Below, piece after piece: positions 1 to 11,417 of a stretch of 64,000 bases of DNA. Position 1 is the stretch's first letter. Each line of letters begins with the position of its first letter. The position numbers were made by a program, and so were the translations under genes. The stretch is from Hyaloraphidium curvatum SAG 235-1 (Eukaryota; Fungi; Monoblepharomycota): assembly GCA_025558095.1 (NCBI GenBank), contig JAIVFI010000019.1:657312-721311 (forward strand), written 5' to 3'. The notes under the pieces are model-generated. The model was given only the letters and a program-made list of their open reading frames with translations, ran no database searches and was not told the origin of the DNA.

Positions 1-1287
1 CCCGCAAAGAGTACGTCCGGGTTGGAAAAGTACGGGACGGTGGGGCAGACGCCTCCCGTTTCGCACTCGTAGGCCATCACTGTGCGGAACACCCCGGGGA
101 CGCGGTACCCGTACGCGTAGGGGAACGCGGCCGCGCTTGCGCCGGGTTTGTCGGCGCCTGCCGTCTCGCGGTCATGCCAGCAACCCATGTTGTGCCCCAT
201 TTCTGGTGAACAAACGGGACGGTCAGAGGGGGGCCGGCAGCAGGCCGCAAAACGCACCGTGAGCCAGGGTTGTATCGGCGATGCAGGTAATGCTGATGAC
301 CGAGAAGCCCTTGGCCGCATTGCCCGGTGCTCCCGGCACCTCCAGAATGTGGGCGAAGCCGCAGTAGTCTTCGAAGTTGGCGTACAGCGCGACGAGGTCG
401 GCGCCGTACTGGTCGCGCAGCGCGTGCAGCTCGTCCATCCGCCCGTCGGTGGTGTTGGTGAGGTCTTCCAGGGCGAAATCCGAGGGACCCTTGATTCCGA
501 CGTAGTCTCTCTCGACGTAGGCGGTCCGCGCGACGTGCACGAGGCGCACACGCATGGGGATGCCGCTGTTGCGGTAGGCGTCGTTGGCCAGCTGCACGTC
601 GTGCCAGGCGACAAAGTCGGGGTTGCGGGAGGGGCCCAGGTATTTCACGGCCGCTGGGGTAAAGGCCAAGAGGACGTCGACGGTGTAGATGCCGTCGGGG
701 CCGGGTTCCGCCGCGGGGGCGGGCATCTGCGAAGCGCCGTTCGCGGCTAGGGGCCCATCTGTCGCCCCGTCTGCAGCCAACGGCCCGACGGCGACCGAGG
801 GCTGGCTGCCGGGGCCCCTGTGCTGGCCGGTCGTGCCGCACTTTGGCTTTGCCTGCAGGTCGAGCTCGCGCAGCGTGTGCACCCCGCTCCCATCGGGCAT
901 GATGTCGAACGCGGCCCCGCCCGCCACCACCGTGCCGATGATCGATCCCTCTGCGTCCCGTGACAGCGCGACGTAGCCGGCGTCCACGCCGAGCAGGGAG
1001 CCGAACCACGTCTCCCTGCCGTCTTCGCCGCTCCTCCGGTCGAGCACGGCGGTGAAGTTGGCGCCGGAAAACAGCGGCAGCGCGATGCGCGGCGGACCGT
1101 CGCCGCGGAGCAGCGACGCGTCGGCGGCCACGCGGCGGATGCGGCGGGCGCGGGCGTCGGGGCGCGGCGGTTCGTCGGCGGGCGGGAGCTCCGAGAAGAG
1201 GGACCGCGGGGCAGCCGCGGCGCACGGAAGCAGCACGCACGCGAGCAGAAGAAGGGTACAGACGCGGAAGGCGGCCGTTCGCGACAT
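1..1287 (-). CDS. Secreted zinc metallopeptidase (metzincin; bacterial-type reprolysin-like M12B / peptidyl-Asp M72-like), 3' end runs off the window
   Basis: Signal peptide MSRTAAFRVCTLLLLACVLLPCAAA and LRDQYGADLV. Removing GT-AG intron 203-257 restores HEMGHNMGCWHD (HExxHxxGxxH), followed by Met-turn RTVMAY. Confidence 0.85.
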
Positions 1288-2102
1288 TTTCGAGGCAGGA
1301 GTCCTGGGAACGGGAACGCCTGTGGGGGACGTCTGCGCCTCACTCTTGCTTCCAGCCAGGCCCCATCGACGCCCCGTACGGGTCCGGCTCGCCCGGCTCG
1401 GTGGAGTCCGAGCAGGGATGCCACCTCGAAGAAGCAGCTCGCATGCTTGGACACGAGTCTCGCGCATGTGGGTCGTGGTTGGGCAAGATCGCTGTAGCAC
1501 AGCCCGCGCCCATTTCGATTGAGCCTCCGACTGCCTTTGGAGGTTCCTGCCCCAAATCGACCGGTGACACCTTGCAGTAAGCCAGAGGGCGAAATGGCTC
1601 TGAACAATCTTCTGCAGATTGCGGCCTCTCGCGGCTGCAGCAACAGGAGGAACGAGAGTTCGTACGGAGTTCGAGGAGGCATAACTTGACATCCACGACC
1701 GCCGACCCCGAACCTGCAGCGTGAAAGCATTGTTTCGTCTTGATCGTACCTCAGATTTGGCCAGAGATAGCAGTTGGTTCCGGCAAGGCGAGATCGGGCG
1801 ATCGTCCCTTGCCACCCGCGCAGCGCGCCTCGCCGCCGCCCGCGCATCTCCGCTGGCCAACGCCATAGGCGTCGGCGCCCGTCTCCCCCGACTGTACACG
1901 CCAAAGGGCGGCACTACCCCCGCTCCTGCCCAATTTCCCGCTGGGCTTCTGAGGCCGTCCTCCGCCCGCGCCGCGCTATCTGCACGCCGCCACACTTGCT
2001 TCCGTTCCGCGGCGCCCCCGAGTGCCGCCCACCCGCCGCCTCCGCCCCGCCTCCGCCGCCCTCCTCCACCGCGGTTGTTCCTTCTCCCGCTCCGGAAAAG
2101 CC

Positions 2103-3217
2103 ATGGCCGCCCACCGCACGCTCACCACGCTGCCCAACACCGCCACCGTCGCCGAGGCCGTCGCCGTCGTCGAGCGCGAGGGCGGCGTGATCATCCGCGA
2201 CATGTTCGACGCCGAGACCATCGACGGGCTCGCGCGCGACATCGGCCCGATCCTCGATACGGTCAGGGCCGGGTACAAGGAGGACAGCGGGTTCACGGGC
2301 ACGCACACCAAGCGCACGGGCGCGCTGTTCGCAAAGTCGAGCCACATGCCCAAGGTCGCGCTGCACCCGCTGTACCACGGCGTCGCGAAGCACTTCCTCC
2401 GCAGGCCCGTTGAAGCCTGGTGGGCAACGTCGCTCTGGCCTGCCAATCTGCTCCTGACACCGCCTGGTGGTCCAGGCTGGGCGAGGACCGCATCCAAATT
2501 GTCCCCGACATGCAGGTCGGCTTCACCCAGGCCATCCGCATCGAGCCTGGCCAGGGCGCGCAGCCGCTGCACCGCGATGACATGTCGTTCCTGTGGCGGC
2601 ACCCGCAGTACGGCCGCGAAGGGCGCGTGCAAATCATGGTTGCCGTGAGCGAGTTCACGGCCGAGAACGGAGGAACCCTGGTCATCCCGGGGAGCAACCA
2701 CTGGGACGACCAGCGCAAGCCGGAGAGGAGCGAGGCGGTGTCGACCATCATGCCCAAGGGCTCGGGTGAGTCCAACCATGCGACCGGTGCCGTTCGCGGG
2801 ATGCTCAATCCTCCCTCCTCCACAGGGATGATCTTCATCGGCTCTACGTACCACGCCGGCGGCCAGAACAACACCGAAAAGGCCCGCTTCGGCCTCTCGA
2901 TGTCCTGGGACCTCTCCAACCTGCGCTCCGAGGAGAACCACTTTGTCTCGACCCCGCTGTCGGTCGTGAAGCAGCTTCCCCCCGAGATCCAGCGCGGGCT
3001 GGGGTGGTCGTTCGGGGAGAACTACATGGGATGGTGGGTCCCTGCTCCTCGGTGTTGCTGCGGCCGAAAGCTGACCGGCATCCGTCCCGCGCGAAGGGTC
3101 ATTATCGACGGGCAGATGAGCGACCCGAACGAGCTGCTGCACCGGGAGGACTACAAGACGGTGGACCAGGGGGTACCCGGCGATACTCTGCCCTTGCTCG
3201 CAAAGTCGAAGCTGTGA
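2103..3217 (+). CDS. Phytanoyl-CoA dioxygenase (PhyH) family Fe(II)/2-oxoglutarate dioxygenase, probably peroxisomal
   Basis: Introns 2420-2475, 2766-2825, 3034-3096. Motifs QPLHRDD (HxD), ENGGTLVIPGSNHW, STYHAGGQN..R. C-terminal SKL (PTS1). Confidence 0.9.
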
Positions 3218-3436
3218 TGCGTGCCATGCGGCGAGAGAGGGATCTGTGGCCAAATGCTGGAAATGTAATGCTTTTGGAACGAGATGTACTCATTGGATGC
3301 CTGCCTCGATCCATTCCGTTCGTCGACTCTTGGCGGCCGATTCGAGTCGAATCGGTGGAGGCGGGGTGGCAAAGCGGGAGACAGCTCAGGCTCCGCCCTT
3401 CACTCTCCGTCGCGCGCTCCGGGCCCCTCAAAAACC

Positions 3437-4776
3437 ATGGCCGCGCAGTCCAAGCCCGAGAACGAAGGCGCGGCGGCCGGCGCCGCCGCGAAGCCGCGGT
3501 CCAAGCCGCCGTGGTGGATCATCTTCGTGGACTGGCCCGACGCAATCGCCATGCTCGGTTTCCTCGGGGCCCTGATCGCCTTCAACAAGTCCGATTTCGC
3601 CCGGCGCTTCTACGCCGACCTCGCCAAGCGGTTCCCGGACAAGCTCGAGCGGGCACGCCACATGCTCGACATCAACGGGAGCGTCCAGCTCTACACCTTC
3701 TGGACCCTGGCCGCGCTCTACGCCGTCCTCGACCTGCTCAAGTGGCCCAAGTTCCTCTACCAGTTCCGGATCCAGAAGGGCGACCCGCCCAAGGCTTCGT
3801 GGTACCTCAAGGTCGCCGTGTGGAACTTCGCCGCCCAGAGCCTGGTCATGGGGCCCTTTGCCAACCACGTGCTCGAGCCACTGTGGTGGAAACGCGGCGG
3901 GGCCGAAAGGGCACTGAAGATTCCGTCGGTGGGGAGGATGGTCAAGGAGTGGTTCATCTGCGAGGCCTGGGTGCAGTTCTGGCTGTGGGTCCCCTCGAGG
4001 AAGGCGGTCCGCGAATCGAGCTGACTTGCCGAGGACAGGTACACCTCGCACCGCATCATGCACCTGCCCTGGCTCTACAAGTGGACCCACAAGGTGCGTC
4101 CCGCCCCAGCTTTGCTCTCCGCCCGACGATCTCACGGATCGGGACCGCTTTAGCGCCACCACTACCACACCAACCCCATGGTCATCGCCAACTTCTACGG
4201 CACCCCGTTCGAGTACATCTTCCAGAACACCCTGGCGACCGCCGCCGAGTTCCTGCTGCCCATCCACCCGAGCACCATGTGGTTCTTTGGCGCGTACCAC
4301 AACTGGGAGACCGCGACCTCGCACTCTGGTGGGTTGCGTGTCGTCCCCGTGCTCAGTTGCGATTGATTGCAAAGGCCAATGTCTGCATCCCACAGGCTAC
4401 GCGATCCCCTTCGCCACCAACGCGCTGCAGCACAACTACCACCACAGGATGTTCGAGGGCCTGTACGGGCTCCACAGCGGGTGGGTGTTGCCTTGGTGCC
4501 GCCGCACGGGCCCCTCTGACGCCCACTGTGCGCAGCATGCCGATCATGGACATGATCTTCGGCACCGCGGACGAATACTTCCAGTGGCGCTGGGAGTGGC
4601 TCAAGACGCACCACTGGTGGGCTCGAAGGGGGTCTGCTGCCTCTCCTGCGGCTGCTGACCCGTCGCCTTCGGCTCACAGGCTGTGGAACACCCGGCTCGA
4701 CGGTGTCAAGGACGAGGAGGCGGAAAAGGTGCTCAACATCGAGGGCGTGGACAGGGACGGGGTGCCTCTGATCTGA
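3437..4776 (+). CDS. Fatty acid hydroxylase / sterol desaturase superfamily protein, copy A
   Basis: His boxes SHRIMH, HK|RHH and HNYHH after splicing five short introns (3985-4038, 4094-4153, ~4328-4395, 4481-4535, 4617-4679); MDMIFGT tail motif. Confidence 0.85.
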
Positions 4777-5148
4777 GCCAGGGCGGCGGCGGACTGAGCG
4801 GGCCAGGTTTTGGGCCAAGGAAGTGCCGGCCCGGGTACCGAGCATATATCGGAAATTGCTTGCATCATCCCCGGGGACAGTAGTGATCATTGTGTACCCA
4901 CGTGCCATTCTGGAGTGGTGTTCATCGTTTTCGGGGGGGAAGGAGTCGGCAGGCTTCCTCCCCATCCATCATGGCGCCCCGTGGTTTCCTTTGGGTCGCT
5001 CCTTCTGCTGGGCTAGTTTGATGGCCGACGTTCGCAGCGCCGGAATGGGAGCTGAGGGTGACGGGGGGTGGTGGGGCGGCGAGCTGGGAGACAGGCGATT
5101 GGCCCACCTGCGCGTCCACTCGTCGTGCCCCAAGCCCCGCCCGAAACC

Positions 5149-6429
5149 ATGGCCGCGCAGTCCAAACCGGAAAACGAAGGCGGCGCCGCCGCGAAGCCGC
5201 GGTCCAAGCCGCCGTGGTGGATCATTTTCGTGGACTGGCCCGACGCCGTCGCCATGCTCGCCTTCCTCGGGGCCCTGATCGCCTTCAACAAGTCCGACTT
5301 TGCCCGGCGCTTCTACGCCGACCTCGCCAAGCGGTTCCCCGACAAGCTCGAGCGGGCGCGCCACATGCTCGACATCAGCGGCAGCGTGCAGCTATACACC
5401 TTCTGGACACTTGCCGCGCTCTACGCCGTGCTGGACCTCACCAAATGGCCCAAGTTCCTCTATCGGTTCCGGATCCAGAAAGGGGACCCGCCCAAGGCGT
5501 CGTGGTACCTCAAGGTCGCCGTGTACAACTTCGCCGCCCAGAGCCTGGTCATGGGGCCGTTCGCGAGCAAGGTCCTGGAACCCATTTGGTGGAAACGCGG
5601 CGGGGCCCAGCACGCGACGAGGATCCCGTCGGTGGGAAGGACGGTCAAGGAGTGGTTCATCTGCGAGGCCTGGGTGCAGTTCTGGCTCTACACGAGCCAC
5701 CGCATCATGCACCTCCCCTGGCTCTACAAGTGGACCCACAAGGTGATACTTCTGGTCAGTTCGACGTCTGGTAGCCGACCACTCGGTCCCAGTTCCACCA
5801 CTACCACACCAACCCCATGGTCATCGCCAATTTCTATGGCACCCCGTTCGAGTCGATCTTCCAAAACACCCTGGCGGGCCTCGCCCAGTACCTCCTCCCC
5901 ATCCACCCGAGCACCATGTGGTTTTTCAACGCCTACCACGATTGGGAAACCGCGACGTCTCACTCGGGTTGGTTCCCGCGCCGCTGCCGAACTGGTTGTG
6001 ATAAGAGCGATCACACGCAATCCGCAGGCTACGCGATCCCCTTCGCCACCAACGCGCTGCAGCACAACTACCACCACAGGATGTTCGAGGGCCTGTACGG
6101 GCTCCACAGCGGGTGGGTGTTGCCTTGCTGCCGCCGCACGGGCCCCTCTGACGCCCACTGTGCGCAGCATGCCGATCATGGACATGATCTTCGGCACCGC
6201 GGACGAATACTTCCAGTGGCGCTGGGAGTGGCTCAAGACGCACCACTGGTGGGCTCGAAGGGGGTCTGCTGCCTCTCCTGCGGCTGCTGACCCGTCGCCT
6301 TCGGCTCACAGGCTGTGGAACACCCGACTGGACGGGGTCAAGGACGAGGAGGCGGAGAAGGTGCTCAACATCGAGGGCGTGGACAGGGACGGGGCGCCGC
6401 TGATCGGGGGACGGGCCGAGGCAGCGTGA
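5149..6429 (+). CDS. Fatty acid hydroxylase / sterol desaturase superfamily protein, copy B (tandem paralog)
   Basis: Same N-terminus (MAAQSKPENEG) and His boxes (SHRIMH, HK|FHH, HNYHH); four introns. Confidence 0.85.
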   Translation: MAAQSKPENEGGAAAKPRSKPPWWIIFVDWPDAVAMLAFLGALIAFNKSDFARRFYADLAKRFPDKLERARHMLDISGSVQLYTFWTLAALYAVLDLTKWPKFLYRFRIQKGDPPKASWYLKVAVYNFAAQSLVMGPFASKVLEPIWWKRGGAQHATRIPSVGRTVKEWFICEAWVQFWLYTSHRIMHLPWLYKWTHKVILLVSSTSGSRPLGPSSTTTTPTPWSSPISMAPRSSRSSKTPWRASPSTSSPSTRAPCGFSTPTTIGKPRRLTRVGSRAAAELVVIRAITRNPQATRSPSPPTRCSTTTTTGCSRACTGSTAGGCCLAAAARAPLTPTVRSMPIMDMIFGTADEYFQWRWEWLKTHHWWARRGSAASPAAADPSPSAHRLWNTRLDGVKDEEAEKVLNIEGVDRDGAPLIGGRAEAA

Positions 6430-6644
6430 GCTCGTGCGGGGTGGGGTTTGGATCGTGGGGCCGGGGAGGGTCCGACAAGAGTATGGCGCTAGATGTCTGA
6501 AGTGTTTGCATTAGTGGTAGCAGCCAACAGAGTCGGGTTGCTGACAGACGGGCGGGTACAAGTCCAAAGCGGCGCGGTCACCTGCACGCTGCATACTCAG
6601 CGAAATCTTGCTTCGGTGCATGTCAATCCAAGTCAGCTCTCTTG

Positions 6645-7598
6645 CTAGCCATCTACACCGGGCCAATGCACGCCCCCGCCCCCGTCGTCCTCGCCCTGGA
6701 GCCACCCCGCCACCCAGGACCTCTTGGACTCTGGCATCTTGCTGCCGTCTGTAGGTGGCACGCTGATACTCCGCAGGTTAGAGTCTCTTCGCTCGGTCCG
6801 TGGGGGTTTGTGGATTATGTAGCTGGTGCTGGGTCGGAGGAAGTCTGTTCTTTCCCTCCACGCCTCTGCTCCGACGTCCCAAGCGGATCCCGGCTGTGTT
6901 TCGGAGTCGCAGGCGGGGGTTGGACCGTCCCCCAGCTCACGCGCTCGTCCAGCCTGCGAAGACAGTAGAGCGTTACGGAGGTATTCGACGTGCCAAGGAA
7001 CCGAGAGCCGTGCCGTCGAGGCAAATGACGGAGGCGCGGCCGCGAGCGGCGGGAATGTCCGGTGCCCGTCGAGCAGGGGCTGTCCCACGGAACGGTGGGC
7101 AAGCGACGTTGACGATGGGGAGAGTATGTCCCCGGTGCTGCGGGAGAACCGGCGGCCGACAAGCCTGGGACGCGGCGCCGACGGGTCGAAAACGTGTGCA
7201 GCCAGCCGCCGCGCCCCAGGCCCGTCCAGGGACTCAGTGCCCGAGCCGTCCGACTCGTCCGACTCGCTTTCGTCTTCGCTGTCCAGATTCCGGTACCCGG
7301 GGCCGATGGCCATGGTGCGGCTGGAACCGGAAAGGACGAACGGGGCTGCCCTTGCTGCGGGGTCCGCGGGTGGCGGAGCCCGCGCCCAGTCGGCGGCCAC
7401 AAAATCAAGCGGAATCGCCGCCGCCGACCGCGAGCGGGATATCGGGAGCAGCGGGGCGGGGGCGGGACCCGGTGCGGTGCCCGCCGCACCCCTCTCCCGC
7501 CGGCCGTCCGCCGACAGCGGCGACAGGGGCACGAGCGCCTGGACGAACTTCTCGTCGCGGGGCCACAGCGAGTCCGGGGCCGACGACGCGCGCCGCAT
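6645..7598 (-). CDS. Hypothetical low-complexity protein
   Basis: Open frame from ATG 7598 (MRRASSAPDSLW...) with an acidic Ser run (DSEDESESDESD). No recognisable domain. Confidence 0.3.
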   Translation of the reverse strand: MRRASSAPDSLWPRDEKFVQALVPLSPLSADGRRERGAAGTAPGPAPAPLLPISRSRSAAAIPLDFVAADWARAPPPADPAARAAPFVLSGSSRTMAIGPGYRNLDSEDESESDESDGSGTESLDGPGARRLAAHVFDPSAPRPRLVGRRFSRSTGDILSPSSTSLAHRSVGQPLLDGHRTFPPLAAAPPSFASTARLSVPWHVEYLRNALLSSQAGRARELGDGPTPACDSETQPGSAWDVGAEAWRERTDFLRPSTSYIIHKPPRTERRDSNLRSISVPPTDGSKMPESKRSWVAGWLQGEDDGGGGVHWPGVDG

Positions 7599-8437
7599 CG
7601 CGATCCGTGCCGTCGTCCTCGATCCTTCGGTTCTGAGTGGTGCGGCAGGTCGGTCCAGTCCCCGTGTTTCGGGCGGGATTTCTTCAGGGCAACGCATGCC
7701 GCCTCGCTCCTCTGCTCATGCATGCCAAATGCACCATCCGCTGGGGGCAATCCATGAACAATGTGTGCTCCACGCACGGCATCTATCCATGCGCCGCAAG
7801 GTTGTCGGGGGGAGCGGGCGGTTCTTTGGGCGGATTTTCCTGTTCTCTGTCAGATAACGGAAATAGGATGAAGGACTGGACGGGACACGTATAAAAAGGA
7901 ATACGAACTGGCCACTCCACATCTCCGTTGGGGAACTGGCGACTAATTGGTTTGGCAGCTTGCTCGCGCAAGAAAAACCGCCTTTTGCCACCAGGGCCCA
8001 ACGTCTGCCGAAGCAACTACATATCCGCATGGAGCTCTCGCGCGACAGTCGGACCGCCTCGGAGACGGGTTACTGAGGCGATGGAAGGCGGTCCGTGTCG
8101 AGTCCATGCAAAGGAATGCGAACGGCGGATCTTCCCCTGTCGGCATTCTTGGCCGGTTGCGGCGGGGCGCGTGTCGTGTTCTGTTCCTTATTGAAGTCAA
8201 AGACTCTTGCAGCTCCGCAATGCGAACCCCATCCGCCCCCAGCGCAGCGGAAGTTCTCGTTTCGAGCCGAGCGTTGGGATTGGATAACGCGCCGGCTGGT
8301 CCGGAACCAATCCACGGTTCGAAGACACGATCAGCTAGCCGGGAAACCGCCCGTTTGCCCCGGCTCTAAGCGGTCGTCCGACGAGGAGATCGGAGCCACC
8401 TCAGCGCCGGCCAGGAAGCGCAGCCATCTGTCTGCCC

Positions 8438-9547
8438 CTACACAGCGGGCTCCGAGTGCCGGCGCAGGTGGGGCCCGGGGGCGGGAGAGGCAAGGGAATG
8501 GTGCAATGCAGTTGCTTGTCCGGCAGTGCACAGGTGCGATCCGCGGTCGATATCTGCTGGGAGGGATGCGTAGATCACGGGAGGACCGGATCTGCCCGGA
8601 GGGGAGGGAACGTCCGAGTCGGGTGAGGAGTCGTCGTCCCTGTGCTCTTGCTCCGGGTGCGTGCGAAGTGGGATGATGAGCACGCGGGGCGAGGGCTCGG
8701 AACGGCGTCTCGGTGGGGAGGGCGGGTCGTGCCGGTGGCCGTGTTGATGGTGGTGCTTCGGGGCCGAAGGAGGGGCGTCAGGCCTCTCCAGGTATATCGG
8801 CTGGTCATGGAGTGGTTCAGGATCACGTGGCGTCCGGTAAAAAGCCTGCATGGACGCGGCGACCGCACAGGGCGGCGGCCCCGGTGGCAGGTCCTGCCCG
8901 TGCCCGGCCCCGCCGTGGTGGCCGTGCCGCCCCGGGTGCTTTTCGGAATCAGACGTGCGGTGCGGTGATGCGCCTGGCACGGCGGCGCCGGCCGCGTCCG
9001 GCGGCAGAGGGAGTCCGGCCACGTGAATCCCCGCCGGTGACCCCGCCGGCGCCCGAACCGCCGCCCCGCCCCCCGCCGCGTCCTCTGGTGCGATCTCCGC
9101 GTCACCCAGCGCGGCCAAGGATTCTTCGACCGGCGCCGGGCCCCGTTTGCTGTCCTCTCCTCCCTGCCGCGGCACGAGCTCCCTGACCCAGGCAGCGTCC
9201 CTCAGTCTTGACCACGCCCCTGGATCCGACGCCCGCCTCGTCCCGGGCCCCGGCGGCGCCAGAAGATTGTCCATTGCTCCTGGTTTCGGGCGCCTCTCAA
9301 CCTCGCGTGTTGGGGGACGAGGGAGCGCTTCCCTCCAAAACCCCTCAGGCTCCTGACTGTGGCCTCCCTCCCCCGAGGACCCCGGCCCAGCCATCCCAGC
9401 AACCCGCCCCTCAGCACATCGCTCACCACCGCCGTGCACAAATTTGGCCCAGCGATGAGGGAGTCTTCTATCGTCTTGCTTGCGTCCGGTCCCCGTGCTC
9501 AGGGGAGCCGAATAGCAGGGCCCGATCCCCGTTCCCAAATGACTCAC
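8438..9547 (-). CDS. Hypothetical disordered protein with repeated RRxS(D/E)P motifs
   Basis: Long ORF with a His-rich stretch and RRASDP, RRRSEP, RRHSEP. Start uncertain (MDNLL at ~9274 is plausible). Confidence 0.3.
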   Translation of the reverse strand: MSHLGTGIGPCYSAPLSTGTGRKQDDRRLPHRWAKFVHGGGERCAEGRVAGMAGPGSSGEGGHSQEPEGFWREALPRPPTREVERRPKPGAMDNLLAPPGPGTRRASDPGAWSRLRDAAWVRELVPRQGGEDSKRGPAPVEESLAALGDAEIAPEDAAGGGAAVRAPAGSPAGIHVAGLPLPPDAAGAAVPGASPHRTSDSEKHPGRHGHHGGAGHGQDLPPGPPPCAVAASMQAFYRTPRDPEPLHDQPIYLERPDAPPSAPKHHHQHGHRHDPPSPPRRRSEPSPRVLIIPLRTHPEQEHRDDDSSPDSDVPSPPGRSGPPVIYASLPADIDRGSHLCTAGQATALHHSLASPAPGPHLRRHSEPAV

Positions 9548-9916
9548 ATCCGTGCCGCTCCTTCCTTTGTTTGCCCAAGGGAGGTGCGGTAGTGGACGCT
9601 TGCGAAGGGTGCGGGGAAGGTGCTGGACAACGATCCGGGGTACATCTGGCTGACGGAGGGAAGGATGGTGTTCGAGACGGCCGGATCGGTGTTTTCGGTC
9701 AATCTGCTGTAACCTTTTGAAAACATAAGCATCAAGGTTCCGTCGGGTCTGGGGGACCAGGATGATGGAATATGGGTCTCTCGGATGCCCAGATCGTGTT
9801 TGTGCTCGGATTACACGGTGGCGCGCCTGCGCACCGCCGGATGCTACTCATCGATGCCCTACAGCGGATGCCCAGATTTCAGCTTTCCAGCCTCCTCCCT
9901 CCCTCTTCACCTCCGC

Positions 9917-10684
9917 TCATGCCGCCACCTCCCTCCCTCCCCAGTACCCCCTCAGATCCTCCCCCCCGTCGCCGCACACGGCCGTGTACGCCCGCAGCCC
10001 CGGGCCGACCTTGCCGTGCAGATCCCCGCGGAGCGATTCGAGCCCCTCGCGGAGGATGCGCTCGCACTCTGCGGGCGGGTACCCCCGCGCGTAGTCCGCT
10101 ACAGCCCACGTCTCGCGCACCTCGACGGCCCCCAGGAAGCGCACCCGCTTGCGGGGTTTCGCCGCGCCTGGGAGGGCGGGGACGGCGCCCGAGGGGCGGC
10201 GCAGACGGGCGGCGGCGCGGGCGCAGGGGAAGGAGGCCGATGCGCGGGCGGGGAAGGAGGCGTCGGGCGTCGCGGAGGGCCCGCGGGGGTGCGGGAAGGG
10301 CGAGGCGGGGGAGGAGGACAGGGAGGAGATGGAGGGCGCGGCGGCGGGGAAGAGCGGCGAGTCGAGGGTCGAGTCCGACGCGGAGGGCGACGGCGGGTGC
10401 GTGTCCAGGGGCGGCGGCGGGGCCTTTGCCCGGTAGCGCGCGAGCCCGGCCGCGGGGCCGTCGCCGCCGAGCGTCGCGTCCGAGTCTAGCGAGTCCGAGC
10501 GCACCTTTCCGAACGGCGGCTCGCCATGCCCGGCGGCCGCGAGCGCGGCGTCTGCGCTGGCCCTGCGCGGCATGAGGTCCCGCACGAACTGCATGTCCCG
10601 CGGCCAGGCGGCGCCCGCCCCGACGCACGGGTCGGAGCGGCGCCGCGGGATGGCGAACGCGGGGCCGCGGTCGGGGAACTGCAT
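9917..10684 (-). CDS. Putative protein phosphatase 1 (PP1) regulatory subunit
   Basis: RKRVRFLGAVEVRETWAVADYAR matches the extended RVxF...DY(D)R PP1-docking motif of neurabin/phactr/Bni4-type proteins. Confidence 0.5.
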   Translation of the reverse strand: MQFPDRGPAFAIPRRRSDPCVGAGAAWPRDMQFVRDLMPRRASADAALAAAGHGEPPFGKVRSDSLDSDATLGGDGPAAGLARYRAKAPPPPLDTHPPSPSASDSTLDSPLFPAAAPSISSLSSSPASPFPHPRGPSATPDASFPARASASFPCARAAARLRRPSGAVPALPGAAKPRKRVRFLGAVEVRETWAVADYARGYPPAECERILREGLESLRGDLHGKVGPGLRAYTAVCGDGGEDLRGYWGGREVAA

Positions 10685-11417
10685 CGTGCTTCGTGGTAAC
10701 TGCTGCGTGATGTTCTGCTTGTCTGTGTTGGAGGTGTGTCCTGCGGCGGAGCTGACGTCCGGCGAGCCTAATCGCTGCGTCCCTGGATCCTCCTCGGTTA
10801 GTCACCGTCGACGTCATGCGAGGGAACGCCGTGGCCGTCGCCCATACGACGCATCTTCTGATCTCCATGTCCTCGTGACGGACATCTAACATTGACCCGC
10901 GCCTTTCCCGCCTCTTGGCCCCACCCCCGGAGTTTTTCTCCGACGGTCACGCGCCCATCGAAAGACCCACCCTTTTGACTCGATCCCAAACCGCTGCAAG
11001 CCCCCCCGTGCCCGGGGATCGCCCGCACGCCCCGTCCCCTCCATCTACCAGGTTCGGATCCCCGCCTCCCCTTTCCCGCCCCCGGCGTTCCCGCGCCCGG
11101 CCGACGCAGCGGGAACGCCACACCCGCATCCGGAGCGGGACCCCATGCGGTCCCTCGCTTCGCGGGCCCTCGGGATTCCCATCCCCCGGGGAGCGGGCAA
11201 GCGGCGTTCGAGGAATCGGCGGGGCGGGATGCCATCGGGTCGATGGTGGGGCGAATCCGGTGGGACGGTCCGTGCGGGCCGGCGCGAATGAGCCCCCGAG
11301 TCGGCCGGTCGGTGGCAAGTCCCTCGGGCGCGCTTCGGCCGCACGCGACGATGCTCGTGGACCGGGGGCGATGGATGAGTGCGGGCCCATGTAGGCGAGG
11401 CGCAGGCAGCACGTTCG

